NCBI GenBank assembly: GCA_018240545.1
Contig: JAFEFP010000296.1
Coordinates: forward strand, 1-60,677
Length of the DNA: 60,677 bases
Source: Pseudomonadota bacterium
GTDB lineage: Bacteria; Pseudomonadota; Gammaproteobacteria; Xanthomonadales; Rhodanobacteraceae
Reading direction: 5' to 3'
Shown: in pieces, positions 1-10,600 of the stretch
Layout of the letters: every line of letters starts with the position of its first letter
Numbering within the stretch: position 1 is the first letter of the stretch
The notes under the pieces: generated by a model
What the model was told of the DNA's origin: nothing
Database searches by the model: none
What the model saw: the letters and a program-made list of their open reading frames with translations, nothing else
Position numbers and translations under genes: made by a program

Positions 1-1
1 C

Positions 2-322
2 GTTGCGGACAACCGGATCGTCGTGCGCTGGAATGGAACCCAGATCGGATCCGCCAGCGCCGATGGCAGCGCGCAATCCGGAAATATCGTTTGGACACGC
101 TACCGCTTTCCTGCGCAACCCGGCGCGGCCGGTTCGAGCACGCTGGAGATCCAGAACGTTGATGCGTGCGACGGGTTGGGCGCAATGCTTGACGATGTTG
201 CCGTGGTCCAGGCCGTGCCGCCCACACCGACGCCCGCGCTCGGGCGCGCGGCCTTGGCGTTGCTCGGCGTTGGCCTTTTTTTGCTGGCGCTGGTCGCAGC
301 GCGCCGTCGCAGCGTAACCTGA
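2..322 (+). CDS. 3' end of a surface/secreted protein with an IPTL-CTERM-like sorting tail (5'-truncated by window edge)
   Basis: Frame is open from base 2. Ends ...VVQAVPPTPTPALGRAALALLGVGLFLLALVAARRRSVT*: a Pro-x-Leu motif, one TM helix and a basic cluster. Confidence 0.7.
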   Translation, partial: VADNRIVVRWNGTQIGSASADGSAQSGNIVWTRYRFPAQPGAAGSSTLEIQNVDACDGLGAMLDDVAVVQAVPPTPTPALGRAALALLGVGLFLLALVAARRRSVT

Positions 323-457
323 AATCTCACCGTTGGCGCCTGGCGGCGATTGCTGCCCCTGGATTTCATGTCGCGCTGCGTGTACGACGGGACCAACGAC
401 CCGTGCGACGCGTCGTCGAAGGTGCGATGATCGGCAATCGCCCGCCCGGAGATTGCC

Positions 458-2242
458 ATGAAAGCCTACGCCTCGTTGCTGCTCGCGCTCGGTCTTGCGC
501 TGACCGTTCCCGCGGGGGCGGTCGCAGCGGATTGTCCCTGCACGAAGGCCGCCACGCCCGCGCCGGGGTCGGCGGACGCGAAGTTCGAGGCCATCTACAC
601 CACCGAATGGAAATGGCGCCAGCAGCAGTTTCCGGGTGGCGATGACGAAAGCGACAGCGCGGCCGTACCGGACCGCCTGCCACGCGTGGATGCAAGCTCG
701 CAAGCCGTGCGCCTGAAGTATTGGGACGACGTGCTCGCCAGCCTCGCCGCGATCCCGGTCGACGAATTGTCGCCTGACAATCGCATCAACTACGCGGTCT
801 ACAAACCACAAATCGCCGATCTCGCCGCGGACGTGCGTTTTCGCCAGTACGAGATGCCGTTCAACAGCGACTCGCAATTCTGGTCGGATCTGGGTTTCGT
901 GTCCGGTCGCCACCTGCGCACGGTGAAGGATGCCGAAAACTACATCGCCTTGCTCACCGACGTGCCGCGCTGGTTCGACGAAAACATCGTCAACATGCGC
1001 GCGGGACTCAAGCGCGGTTTTTCCGTGCCGAGAGAAGTCCTGGCCGGGCGCGACGTGTCCATTTCCACATACATGGACGCGAAATCGCCGCAGGACAGCG
1101 ATTTCTACAAGCCTTGCAAATCCCTGCCAGCGACGTTTCCAGCCGACGAGCAAGCCAAATTGCGAGTGGCCTGCGCGGCGGCGATCCGCGACAAGGTGAT
1201 TCCGTCCTACGCGAGGCTGCTCAAGTTCTTCCGTGACGACTATGTGCCGCAGGCGCGCACCACGCTTGCGGCCGAAGCGCTGCCCGAGGGCAAGGCGTAT
1301 TACCGCCAGCAGATCCGCGAATACACCACGCTGGATCTGAGTCCCGATGCGATCCATGCCATCGGCCTGAAGGAAGTCGACCGCATCGGCAAGGAAATGG
1401 ATGCGACGATGAAGGCGACGGGTTTCAAAGGCGACATGCCGGCCTTCCTGCATTTCCTGCGCACCGATCCGCGCTTCTACGCGAAGACGCCGGATGAGTT
1501 GCTGATGCAGGCATCGTGGATCGCCAAGCGCGTCGATGCGAAATTGGGACAGTATTTCGGCAAGCTGCCGCGCGGCCGCTTCGGCATCGAGCCGGTGCCG
1601 GCGGCGATCGCGCCGTTCTGGACCGCCGGCCGCGGCGGCGCGCACACGTACTGGGTCAATACCTACGACCTGCCATCGCGTCCGTTGTACAACCTCACCG
1701 CGCTGACCCTGCACGAATCCGCGCCCGGCCATGCCTTGCAGGGCGAGCTGGTCGAGGAACAAACCGGCAAGCCGGATTTCCGCAAGGCCTACATTTCCGC
1801 CTACGGCGAAGGCTGGGCGCTGTATTGCGAACAGCTTGGCAAGGAAATGGGCATCTATCTCACGCCCTACGATGACTTCGGCCGAGAAACCTATGACATG
1901 TGGCGGGCGGCGCGCCTGGTCATCGACACCGGCATCCACCACATGGGCTGGACGCGTGCGCAGGCCATCAAATACCTCGCCGACCACACCGCGCTCAGCC
2001 AGCACGAGGTGGAAACCGAAGTCGACCGCTACATTTCGTGGCCGGGGCAGGCCCTGAGTTACAAACTGGGCGAGCTCAAGATCCTGGAATTGCGCGAGTT
2101 CGCCGAGAAGCAACTCGGACCGAAGTTCGACATCCGCAAGTTCCACGATGCCGTGCTGGAAACCGGCTCGGTGCCGCTGCCGGTGCTGGAAGACCACATC
2201 AAGGCGTTCATTGCGGAGCAGAAGGCGTCCGGCAAAGCCTGA
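458..2242 (+). CDS. DUF885 family secreted protein (putative zinc peptidase-like)
   Basis: Signal peptide; DUF885 motifs LHESAPGHALQ, YGEGWALYCE, WRAARLVIDTGIH, EVDRYISWPGQALSYKLG; GGAG RBS. Confidence 0.9.
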   Translation: MKAYASLLLALGLALTVPAGAVAADCPCTKAATPAPGSADAKFEAIYTTEWKWRQQQFPGGDDESDSAAVPDRLPRVDASSQAVRLKYWDDVLASLAAIPVDELSPDNRINYAVYKPQIADLAADVRFRQYEMPFNSDSQFWSDLGFVSGRHLRTVKDAENYIALLTDVPRWFDENIVNMRAGLKRGFSVPREVLAGRDVSISTYMDAKSPQDSDFYKPCKSLPATFPADEQAKLRVACAAAIRDKVIPSYARLLKFFRDDYVPQARTTLAAEALPEGKAYYRQQIREYTTLDLSPDAIHAIGLKEVDRIGKEMDATMKATGFKGDMPAFLHFLRTDPRFYAKTPDELLMQASWIAKRVDAKLGQYFGKLPRGRFGIEPVPAAIAPFWTAGRGGAHTYWVNTYDLPSRPLYNLTALTLHESAPGHALQGELVEEQTGKPDFRKAYISAYGEGWALYCEQLGKEMGIYLTPYDDFGRETYDMWRAARLVIDTGIHHMGWTRAQAIKYLADHTALSQHEVETEVDRYISWPGQALSYKLGELKILELREFAEKQLGPKFDIRKFHDAVLETGSVPLPVLEDHIKAFIAEQKASGKA

Positions 2243-2324
2243 TCCGGATTTGCCGCCATCGGCGCTCGGCCATTATACTTCGCGACCGTTATCCGACCGC
2301 CTTGGTCGCATCAGGACGATTACC

Positions 2325-2864
2325 GTGAGTGATTCCGTCAACAGCACCGACAAGGTATTCCTGCGCCATTTCTCGATGGTCATCGGCTTTCTGGTGCTGG
2401 TCATGCTCGGTCTGATTGCGCTGGCCATGCACATTTATGCCGACAATCCGCCCCCGCCGCGCCCGGAAGCGCAGCAGGAAATCGCGGCCCGCATCGCACC
2501 CGTCGCGGGAGTCTATGCCGGGGATACCGGCCGGGCCGCGCTGCTCGCGGCGCAGGACGCGGCAAAGAAGGCCGCCGAATCGCAGGTCGCCTACGGCGGC
2601 ACGCTCGATGGCAAGACCATCTTCGACCAGTTGTGCACCACCTGCCACACCAATTCCGCCACTGGCGCGCCAAACATCCACGACAAGGCCGCCTGGGGGC
2701 CCCGCGTGGCGCAAGGCCTGGATACCCTGGTCAAGCACGCGATCGATGGCTACTCCGGCAAGGATGGCAAGGGCGCACTGATGCCGGCCAAGGGTGGCAA
2801 TCCGTCGCTTTCGGATGCGCAAGTCAAGGCGACGGTTGAGTGGATGCTGACCCAGGTTAAGTAG
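2325..2864 (+). CDS. Membrane-anchored cytochrome c5
   Basis: GTG at 2325 after AGGA; N-terminal TM helix; CTTCH haem motif; AWGPRVAQGLDTLVKHAIDG and MPAKGG are c5 signatures. Confidence 0.88.
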   Translation: MSDSVNSTDKVFLRHFSMVIGFLVLVMLGLIALAMHIYADNPPPPRPEAQQEIAARIAPVAGVYAGDTGRAALLAAQDAAKKAAESQVAYGGTLDGKTIFDQLCTTCHTNSATGAPNIHDKAAWGPRVAQGLDTLVKHAIDGYSGKDGKGALMPAKGGNPSLSDAQVKATVEWMLTQVK

Positions 2865-2870
2865 TTGGCC

Positions 2871-2988
2871 GTGATCCCGGCAGGGACTGCCGGAATCCAG
2901 TGGCCATGGAAGGCAGGACACATGCTAGGCAAGCCGTTCCCGATGCGCGTCCTGCGATCTGGATTCCGGCAGTCCCTGCCGGAATGAC
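2871..2988. repeat. Palindromic intergenic repeat, family A (copy 1)
   Basis: 30-bp inverted arms GTGATCCCGGCAGGGACTGCCGGAATCCAG (2871-2900) and CTGGATTCCGGCAGTCCCTGCCGGAATGAC (2959-2988). The right arm recurs identically at 23323-23352 and 32960-32989. Confidence 0.9.
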
Positions 2989-3003
2989 GAGCCGAGCATT
3001 GTC

Positions 3004-3681
3004 ATGACCGATCCCGCTATGTTCCCGACCGCCGCGACAGCATTGACGCTGTCCGGCCCCGCCGGTGCGCTTGAAGCCGCCGTCGATGTGCCGAACGCCG
3101 CCGAGGCGCGCGCGGGCGTGGCCATCGTCTGCCATCCGCATCCGCAGCACGGCGGCACCATGCACAACAAGGTGGTGACCATGCTTGAGCGCGCTCTGCG
3201 CGAATCGGGCCTGGCCACGGTGGTGTTCAATTTCCGCGGCGTCGGCGCCTCGCAAGGCAGCTACGACGATGGCCGCGGCGAAGCCGACGACCTCGTTGCC
3301 GTGGCGCAATGGGTGCAGCGCACGCACCCGGGCGACGCGCTGTGGCTGGCAGGATTCTCGTTCGGCTCTTACGTCGTCGCGCGCGCCGCGTCGCAGTTGC
3401 CGGTCAAGCAACTGATCCTCGTGGCGCCACCGGTATCGCGTTGGGATTTCGCGCAACTCGTCGCTCCCGCGTGTCCGCGGTTGGTGATCCAGGGCGAGGC
3501 CGACGAAATCGTCGATCCGGCGGCAGTCTACGCCTGGGTGGCGGCGCAGCCGGACTCGCCGACACTGGTGCGCCTGCCGGAAACCGGGCACTTCTTCCAT
3601 CGTCGGCTGATGGACCTGCGCGGCGTGGTCAAGAACGGCGTGCGCGGCAACCTGCCGCCAGCCAGGGATGGCATTAAATAA
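3004..3681 (+). CDS. Alpha/beta hydrolase (COG2945-like)
   Basis: CHPHPQHGGTMHNKVV, FNFRGVGAS, GFSFG nucleophile elbow, QGEADEIV, GHFFH. Confidence 0.9.
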   Translation: MTDPAMFPTAATALTLSGPAGALEAAVDVPNAAEARAGVAIVCHPHPQHGGTMHNKVVTMLERALRESGLATVVFNFRGVGASQGSYDDGRGEADDLVAVAQWVQRTHPGDALWLAGFSFGSYVVARAASQLPVKQLILVAPPVSRWDFAQLVAPACPRLVIQGEADEIVDPAAVYAWVAAQPDSPTLVRLPETGHFFHRRLMDLRGVVKNGVRGNLPPARDGIK

Positions 3682-3711
3682 TGTCACCGCGCGCAGCGCG
3701 GCGATCACTCC

Positions 3712-3749
3712 CCCTCTCCCGCCTGGCGGCAGAGGGCAAGGGGTGAGGG
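3712..3749. repeat. Palindromic repeat, family B (half copy)
   Basis: CCCTCTCCCGCCTGGCGGCAGAGGGCAAGGGGTGAGGG; same motif as 14659-14787 and 50135-50262. Confidence 0.75.
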
Positions 3750-3754
3750 TTGGT

Positions 3755-4849
3755 ATGCGCCACCTCGCCGAATCGCCCACCGTCCTGTACGCGCGTGGCG
3801 TGACCGACCAACGCTGGGACGACGATCCCGCGCAACGCGCCGTGTTGCCGAGCCTGGACTGCATCCGCGCCGGCGTCATGGCATCGCGATCCAGTGGTTG
3901 TCGTCGCTGGTTGCCGGTCCATTCGCGACGCGTCGTGCGTGGCCTGTACTTGTGGGGCGCGGTCGGCCGCGGCAAGACGCTGCTTGCCGATCTGCTGGTC
4001 GAGTCGCTGCCGCCCGATCTGGTCCTGCGCCTGCATTTCCACCGCTGCATGGGCCGCGTGCAGGCGCAATTGAAGACGCTGCAGGGCCGCGTCGATCCAC
4101 TTCGTGAGGTTGCCGCCGCCTTCGCGGCCGAGGCGAAGCTGTTGTGCCTGGACGAGTTCTTCGTCAGCGACATCGGCGATGCGATGATCCTGGCGGGTCT
4201 GCTCGAACACCTGTTTGCGCATGGCGTGACGCTGGTGACGACATCCAATATCGAGCCGGCCGGTTTGTACCGCGATGGATTGCAGCGCGCGCGCTTCCTG
4301 CCTGCGATCGCCTTGCTCGAAGCGCACTGCGAAGTACGTGAATTGGTCTCGCCGCGCGACTACCGCCTGCGTGCGCTGACCCGGGCCGGGGTCTATTTCA
4401 CGCCGGCCGGCGTACGCGCCGAGCACGAACTCGCCGCATGCTTCGCGCGCATCGCCGCCGGAACACCGCGCCCGGACACGGCGATTCGCATCAACGACCG
4501 CGACATTCCGATCCATCGTCGCGGCGACGGCGCGGTCTGGTTCGACTTCGCCGCGCTGTGCGAAGGACCACGCTCGGTGGCGGACTACATCGATCTCGCC
4601 CAGCGCTTCAACACCGTGCTCATCTCCAACGTGCCGCAGTTCACGCCGCAAATGGAGGATGCCGCGCGGCGCTTCGTCGACCTCGTCGACGAGTTCTATG
4701 ATCGCGGCGTGAAACTGGTACTGTCCGCGGCCGCGCCGGCGACCGAGCTGTACGACGGCGAACGCTTGCGCGCGGAGTTCGCACGCACCGAGAGCCGGCT
4801 GATTGAGATGCAGAGTGCGCAGTACCTGGCTGCCGCGCATCGGCATTGA
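3755..4849 (+). CDS. zapE: Cell division ATPase ZapE (AFG1 family)
   Basis: GLYLWGAVGRGKT Walker A, LCLDEFFVSDIGDAMIL, TTSN, LYRDGLQRARFLP, RRFVDLVDEFYD, FARTESRLIEMQS. ATG at 3755 chosen because the upstream extension is repeat-derived. Confidence 0.9.
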   Translation: MRHLAESPTVLYARGVTDQRWDDDPAQRAVLPSLDCIRAGVMASRSSGCRRWLPVHSRRVVRGLYLWGAVGRGKTLLADLLVESLPPDLVLRLHFHRCMGRVQAQLKTLQGRVDPLREVAAAFAAEAKLLCLDEFFVSDIGDAMILAGLLEHLFAHGVTLVTTSNIEPAGLYRDGLQRARFLPAIALLEAHCEVRELVSPRDYRLRALTRAGVYFTPAGVRAEHELAACFARIAAGTPRPDTAIRINDRDIPIHRRGDGAVWFDFAALCEGPRSVADYIDLAQRFNTVLISNVPQFTPQMEDAARRFVDLVDEFYDRGVKLVLSAAAPATELYDGERLRAEFARTESRLIEMQSAQYLAAAHRH

Positions 4850-4975
4850 AGGCCATGCACAACCGACGCTGATTTGCCAAATCCGCCCTGGCGGAGTAAA
4901 CGGGGCGGCGCGGCAGTGGCGTCCGGCTGGATGTGCCTGCCATCCCGACCATTGCGAGCTGGCAGTTCCCGACCC

Positions 4976-6349
4976 ATGTTGCGAACACGATTTGGCTGGA
5001 TCATCGCGTTGCTGCTCGCCGCGGCGGTCAGTGGCCACGCGATCGCAGATGCGCCGCCGCTGGCGATCGAGCACGTCACCGCCGTCGATGTCGTGCAGGG
5101 AATCCTCACGCCGCCGCGCACGGTATTGATCGAGCACGGCCGCATCGCGGCAGTCGCCAAGCCGGGCGCCGTGACGATTCCGCCCGGGGTCGTGCGCGTC
5201 GACGGCCAAGGCCGGTTCCTGATCCCCGGCCTGGCCGACATGCACGTGCACCTGTTCAACAACGCCACGCACCGGGCGCCAAACGACTGGATGTTTGCCT
5301 TGTTTGTCGCCAATGGCGTCACCGGCGTGCGCGAGATGGCGGCTACGCCCCGCGACATGCAACAGGTCGCGCGCTGGCGCGAAGCGGTGGATGGCGGCGC
5401 GCTGGTCGCTCCGCATGTGCTCGCCGCGGGCGTGGTGGTGAATGACGCAGCCGATGTCCGCGAACAGGTGCGCGAAGCCGCAGGCAGCGGCGCGGATTTC
5501 ATCAAGGTCTTTTCGGAGTTGTCGCCCTCGTCGTGGCGCGCCGTGCTCGACGAGGCCCGGCTGCGCCACATTCCCGTCGCCGGCCATGTTCCGGTTGCCG
5601 TGGCTGCGGTCGATGCAGCGCAAGCCGGCCAGGTCACCGCCGAGCATCTGATGCAGATTTACGAAGCGTGCTCGTCGATCGAAGGCGATGTGCTGGCCGC
5701 GCGCCGGGTCCTCGATGGCGCCGCCGCGACGGCAATGCGCGACGCGCAGGAAATGCGGGTGCTGCGCGCGTTCGATCCGGCAGCCTGCGCGAAGGCGGCA
5801 AAGGCCGTCGCGCTGGCCGGACAGGCGCAGACGCCGACCTTGACCATTGACTGGTTCGATCCCGCGCGTTTCACCGGCGATTACACAGCCGATCCACGCT
5901 GGCACCTGCTGCGTGCGGACGAGCAGGCGCGTTGGCGCAGGTATTTGCAACCGGCGTCGGCAGCGGACCGGAAGCTGGCCGATTTGCGCTGGGAGGTGAG
6001 CTGTCGCATCGTGCGCACGCTGCACGTCGCCGGCGCGAACATCCTCGCCGGCGCCGATACGCCGATGCCATGGATCTACCCCGGATATTCCCTGCACGAC
6101 GAACTCGAGCGCCTCGTCGACTGCGGCCTGAGCCCGGTCCAGGCGCTGCGCGCGGCCACGATTGGCGCGGTAAAATTTCTTGGATTGGACGCGGATCGCG
6201 GCACGATCGAGGCGGGCAAGCGCGCCGACCTCGTGCTGCTCGACGCGAATCCGCTCAAGGACGCGCGCAACCTGCGCCGCATCCACGCGGTGGTGCTCGC
6301 CGGCCGCCTGCTGCGCCGCGCCGACATGGATTTGCCGCAAGGGCCATAG
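4976..6349 (+). CDS. Secreted amidohydrolase-family protein
   Basis: Signal peptide; PGLADMHVH, GADFIKV, GHVP, EHL, GADTP, GTIEAGKRADLVLLDANPL. Confidence 0.88.
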   Translation: MLRTRFGWIIALLLAAAVSGHAIADAPPLAIEHVTAVDVVQGILTPPRTVLIEHGRIAAVAKPGAVTIPPGVVRVDGQGRFLIPGLADMHVHLFNNATHRAPNDWMFALFVANGVTGVREMAATPRDMQQVARWREAVDGGALVAPHVLAAGVVVNDAADVREQVREAAGSGADFIKVFSELSPSSWRAVLDEARLRHIPVAGHVPVAVAAVDAAQAGQVTAEHLMQIYEACSSIEGDVLAARRVLDGAAATAMRDAQEMRVLRAFDPAACAKAAKAVALAGQAQTPTLTIDWFDPARFTGDYTADPRWHLLRADEQARWRRYLQPASAADRKLADLRWEVSCRIVRTLHVAGANILAGADTPMPWIYPGYSLHDELERLVDCGLSPVQALRAATIGAVKFLGLDADRGTIEAGKRADLVLLDANPLKDARNLRRIHAVVLAGRLLRRADMDLPQGP

Positions 6350-6460
6350 CGTGCATGCAGGCTGGCAATGACCTCCGGCCCATTGCGAAGCGGACGGCCC
6401 GCCATTATCTTGACCGACCGGTTCGCTAATTCACGGCGCAACCCGACGAAGGAATCGACC

Positions 6461-7615
6461 ATGCGCTTTCGGCTGTCAACCGCCCCCGTCCTGACCTTCG
6501 CGCTCGCCGCCGCCGGTTGCGGCAAGGCGCCGCCGCAGATGCATATGCCCCCCCCTGAAGTCGGCGTGGTCGTGGCCAAGGCACAAGCGGTGCCGCTCAC
6601 GCGCGATCTCGTCGGACGCCTGTATCCCACGCGCAGCGCCGATGTGCGCGCGCGCGTTGCCGGCGTACTGGAAAAACGCGTGTACACCGAAGGTTCCGAC
6701 GTCGGGCAGGGGCAATTGCTCTTCCAGATCGACCCGGCCCCGCTCAAGGCCGCGCTCGATGCGCAATCGGCCAACCTCGCCGCGGCGAAGGCGACCTACA
6801 CCAACAACCATGTCGCCGCCGAACGTGCGCGCTCGATTGCCGACAAGGGCCTGATGTCCAGGACCGACCTGGACAACGCGCTCGCTGCCGAACGCACCGC
6901 GGCCGCTGCCGTGCAACAGGCGCAGGCGAATGTCGAAACCGCGCGCATCAATCTGGGTTACGCGAATGTGACCGCACCCATTGCCGGCCGTGCCGGACAA
7001 CAGCAAGTGACGGAGGGCGCGCTGGTCGGACAAGGTGACGCGACCTTGCTGACCACCGTCGAACAGATCGATCCGATCTATGTGTACTTCAGCCAGGCGG
7101 TCGGTGAGCTCGACGCCCTGCGGCGCGCGCAGACGGGTGGCCATGTCGCCCTCGACGCGGCGAACAAGGCCAAGGTCGATATCGTATTGCCCGATGGCAC
7201 GGCTTACGCGCATCCGGGCACGCTGGATTTTTCCGACACGGCCGTCAATGCCGCCACCGGTTCCGTCGAACTGCGTGGCGTGCTGCCGAATCCCGAACAT
7301 CAATTGTTGCCGGGCATGTACGTCAAACTGCGCCTGACGCTGGGCCAGATCACGCAGGCCTATCTCGTGCCGCAGGCCGCTTTGCAGCGCGACCCCGCCG
7401 AATCGTACGTGCTCGTGGTCGGCGCCGACGGCAAGGTGGCCAAGAAGCCGGTCGCCGCCGACGCGCAGCAGGGTGGCGATTTCGTCGTCACCGCGGGACT
7501 GGACGATGGCGACAAGGTCATCGTATCCGGCGTGCAGCATGTGCGTCCGGGCGCGCCGGCCAAGGCGGTGCCGTGGAAACCGCTGGCTGCCCCGTCGCCA
7601 TCCGCGAAACACTGA
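6461..7615 (+). CDS. RND efflux periplasmic adaptor (AcrA/MexA-like lipoprotein)
   Basis: Lipobox AAGC; ADVRARVAG, LFQIDP, VTAPIAGRAG, TEGALV, LLPGMYV; lies directly upstream of the RND permease. Confidence 0.93.
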   Translation: MRFRLSTAPVLTFALAAAGCGKAPPQMHMPPPEVGVVVAKAQAVPLTRDLVGRLYPTRSADVRARVAGVLEKRVYTEGSDVGQGQLLFQIDPAPLKAALDAQSANLAAAKATYTNNHVAAERARSIADKGLMSRTDLDNALAAERTAAAAVQQAQANVETARINLGYANVTAPIAGRAGQQQVTEGALVGQGDATLLTTVEQIDPIYVYFSQAVGELDALRRAQTGGHVALDAANKAKVDIVLPDGTAYAHPGTLDFSDTAVNAATGSVELRGVLPNPEHQLLPGMYVKLRLTLGQITQAYLVPQAALQRDPAESYVLVVGADGKVAKKPVAADAQQGGDFVVTAGLDDGDKVIVSGVQHVRPGAPAKAVPWKPLAAPSPSAKH

Positions 7616-7627
7616 CGGACAGCCACC

Positions 7628-10600
7628 ATGTCGAATTTTTTCATCGACCGGCCCATTTTTGCGTGGGTCATCGCGATCCTGATCGCGCTCGGCGGCGCCA
7701 TTGCGATGGCCAATCTCGGCGTGGAATCGTATCCGTCGATCGCGCCGCCGCAGGTCGTGGTCAATGCCGCCTATCCGGGTGCGGATGCCGCGACGGTTGA
7801 GAAAAGCGTGACCCAGGTGATCGAGCAGCAGCTCACCGGCATCGATCACCTGATGTACTTCAGTTCGAGTTCCAGTGCGAACGGCGGCGTCGGCATCACG
7901 CTCACCTTCGAACCCGGCACCGATCCCGACACGGCCGCCGTGCAGACCCAGAACAAGGTCACGCTGGCGACGCCGCGCCTGCCGGCGGAGGTCGTGCAGC
8001 AGGGCGTGACGGTGTCCAAGTCGAACCCCGACTTCCTGATGTTTTTCGCGCTCCGGTCCAAGGACGGCAGTCTGGATTCCTACCGGCTCAACAACCTGCT
8101 GTCGTCCGGCATCCTCGACCAGATCGCGCGCCTGCCCGGCGTGAGCAACACGTTCCAGGTCGGCGCCGAATACGCCATGCGCATCTGGCTCGATCCGGAC
8201 AAGCTGCACGGCTACAACCTGTCGGCGGCCGACGCGCTGGCCGCGGTGCGTGCGCAGAACGTGCAGGTGGCGGCCGGCTCGATCGGCGCCGAACCGGCTG
8301 TGCCCGGCACCGGCGTCACGGCAACGGTGCGCGCAGAAGGCCGTTTCAGCACGCCGGACCAGTTCGGCAACATCATCCTGCGCGCGAATGCCGACGGTAC
8401 CACCGTGCGCCTGAAAGACGTGGCGCGCATCGCCTTGGGTCCGGCCAGTTACGGACAGCGCAGCACGTTCAACAACGTGCCGGTGGCCGGCGCGGGCGTG
8501 CAGCTCGCCGCCGGCGCCAATGCCTTGACTGTCGCGCGCGAGGTCAAGGCCAAGCTCGCCGAACTGCAATCGAGCTTCCCGCCGGGCGTGGAATGGTTCG
8601 CGCCGTACGATTCGACCACCTTCGTGCGCATCGCCATCGAGGAAGTGGTGATCACGCTCGCGATCGCGTTCGTGCTGGTGTTCCTGGTGATGCTGATCTT
8701 CCTGCAGAACCTGCGCGCTACGCTGATCGCCGCGATCGTGATTCCGGTCGCCCTGCTGGGCGGATTCCTGGCATTGTCCGGCCTTGAATTCACCATCAAC
8801 CAGCTATCGTTGTTCGCCATGGTGCTGGCGATCGGCATCGTGGTCGACGATGCGATCGTGGTGATCGAGAATGTCGAGCGCATCATGCGCGAGGAAAATC
8901 TCTCGCCACGCGACGCCACGCGCAAGGCGATGCAGCAGATTTCCGGCGCGGTGATTGCCATCGCCCTGGTGCTGATGGCGGTATTCATTCCGAGCGCGCT
9001 GCAAACCGGCTCGGTCGGCGCGATCTACCGCCAGTTCGCCCTGACCATTGCCTTGTCCACGGCATTTTCCGCCTTCCTGGCCTTGTGTTTCACGCCTGCC
9101 CTGTGTGCGACCTTGATCAAGCCCACCCACGAGCATGCGCACAACCCGCTGTTCGCCTGGTTCAACAAGGCTTTCGACTGGACGCGGCACTCCTACACCG
9201 GTCATGTGCGCAGCGCGGTGCGCCATGCGCCGCGCTGGATGGCCGCGTTTGTCGTCGTGTCCGTGGTGTGCGCATTCCTGTTCTGGAAACTGCCGTCGAG
9301 CTTCGTGCCGGACGAGGACCAGGGCTATGCCTTGACCATCGTCTCGTTGCCGGCAGGCGCGACGATCGCGCGCACCAATGCGGTGATGGACCAGGTCAGT
9401 GAAATCATCCGTTCCAATCCGGAAGTCGAGCGCGTGTTCGCGTTGTCGGGCTTCAGCTTCGTCGGCAGCGGCGAAAACGTCGGCATGGCTTTCATCGGCT
9501 TCAAACCGTGGGGCGAGCGCAAGGCCAACGTCACCGAATTGATCCCGCGCATCCAGGGCCAGTTGTTCGGCCAGGTCAAGGATGCCATGGTGTTCGTCGC
9601 CAACCTGCCCACGATTCGCGGCCTCGGCCGTTTCGGCGGGTTCGATCTGTTCCTGCAGGATCGCACCGGGCAGGGCCACGAGGCGCTGATGAATGCGCGC
9701 AACATGCTGCTCGGCGCGGCGGCCAGTCACCCCGACACGCTGGTCGGCGTGCGCCCGAACGCGCTGGAAGATTCGCCGCAATTGAAGATGACGGTCGATC
9801 GCGTGCAGGCGCAGGCGATGGGGCTGAAGCTTTCGGATGTCTATACCGCCATCCAGCTGATGCTTGCCCCGGTGTACGTCGACGATTTCGATTTCGGCGG
9901 ACGCGTGCTGCGCGTGATCATGCAGGCCGACGCGCCGTTCCGCTCCGGCATCGACGCGCTGCGGCATTTTTACGTGGCCGGCCAGGCGCCCGCCACCGGC
10001 GGTGCCGCGCCGATGATTCCGCTGTCGAACGTCGTCCACACGCAATGGACGATGGCGGCGCCGAGCCTGACCCGCTACAACGGCTATGAGGCCGTCGACA
10101 TCGTCGGCGGCCAGGCCCCGGGCAAGAGCACCGGCCAGGCCATGGAATTGATGAAAAACCTGATCCACAACGATCTGCCAAGCGGTTTCGGCTTCGAATG
10201 GACCGGGCAGAGTTTGCAGGAAATCCTTTCCGGCGAGCAGGCACCAAAATTGTTTGCGTTGTCGATCCTGGTCGTGTTCCTGTGCCTGGCCGCGCTGTAC
10301 GAAAGCTGGTCGATACCGGTGGCGGTGATGCTGGTCGTTCCACTGGGCCTGACCGGCGCGCTTGCCGCAACCTGGGCGCGCGGGCTTTCCAACGACGTGT
10401 TCCTCAAGGTCGGCCTCATCACCATCATCGGCCTGGCGGTGAAAAACGCCATCCTGATCGTCGAATTCGCGGTGCAGGAACAGCGCCGCGGACGTCCGCT
10501 CGGCGTCGCCGTGGTCGATGCCGCGCGCCTGCGCCTGCGGCCGATCCTGATGACCAGCTTCGCCTTCATCCTCGGCGTGATGCCGCTGGTCGTGTCCAGC

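Noticed and set aside
6409-6430. Imperfect palindrome around ACCGGT upstream of the RND operon as a TetR operator
   Set aside because: Weak symmetry and no TetR gene adjacent.
6548-6555. C8 homopolymer in the RND adaptor gene as a phase-variation tract
   Set aside because: Encodes PPP in the usual Pro-rich linker; too short to argue for switching without read data.
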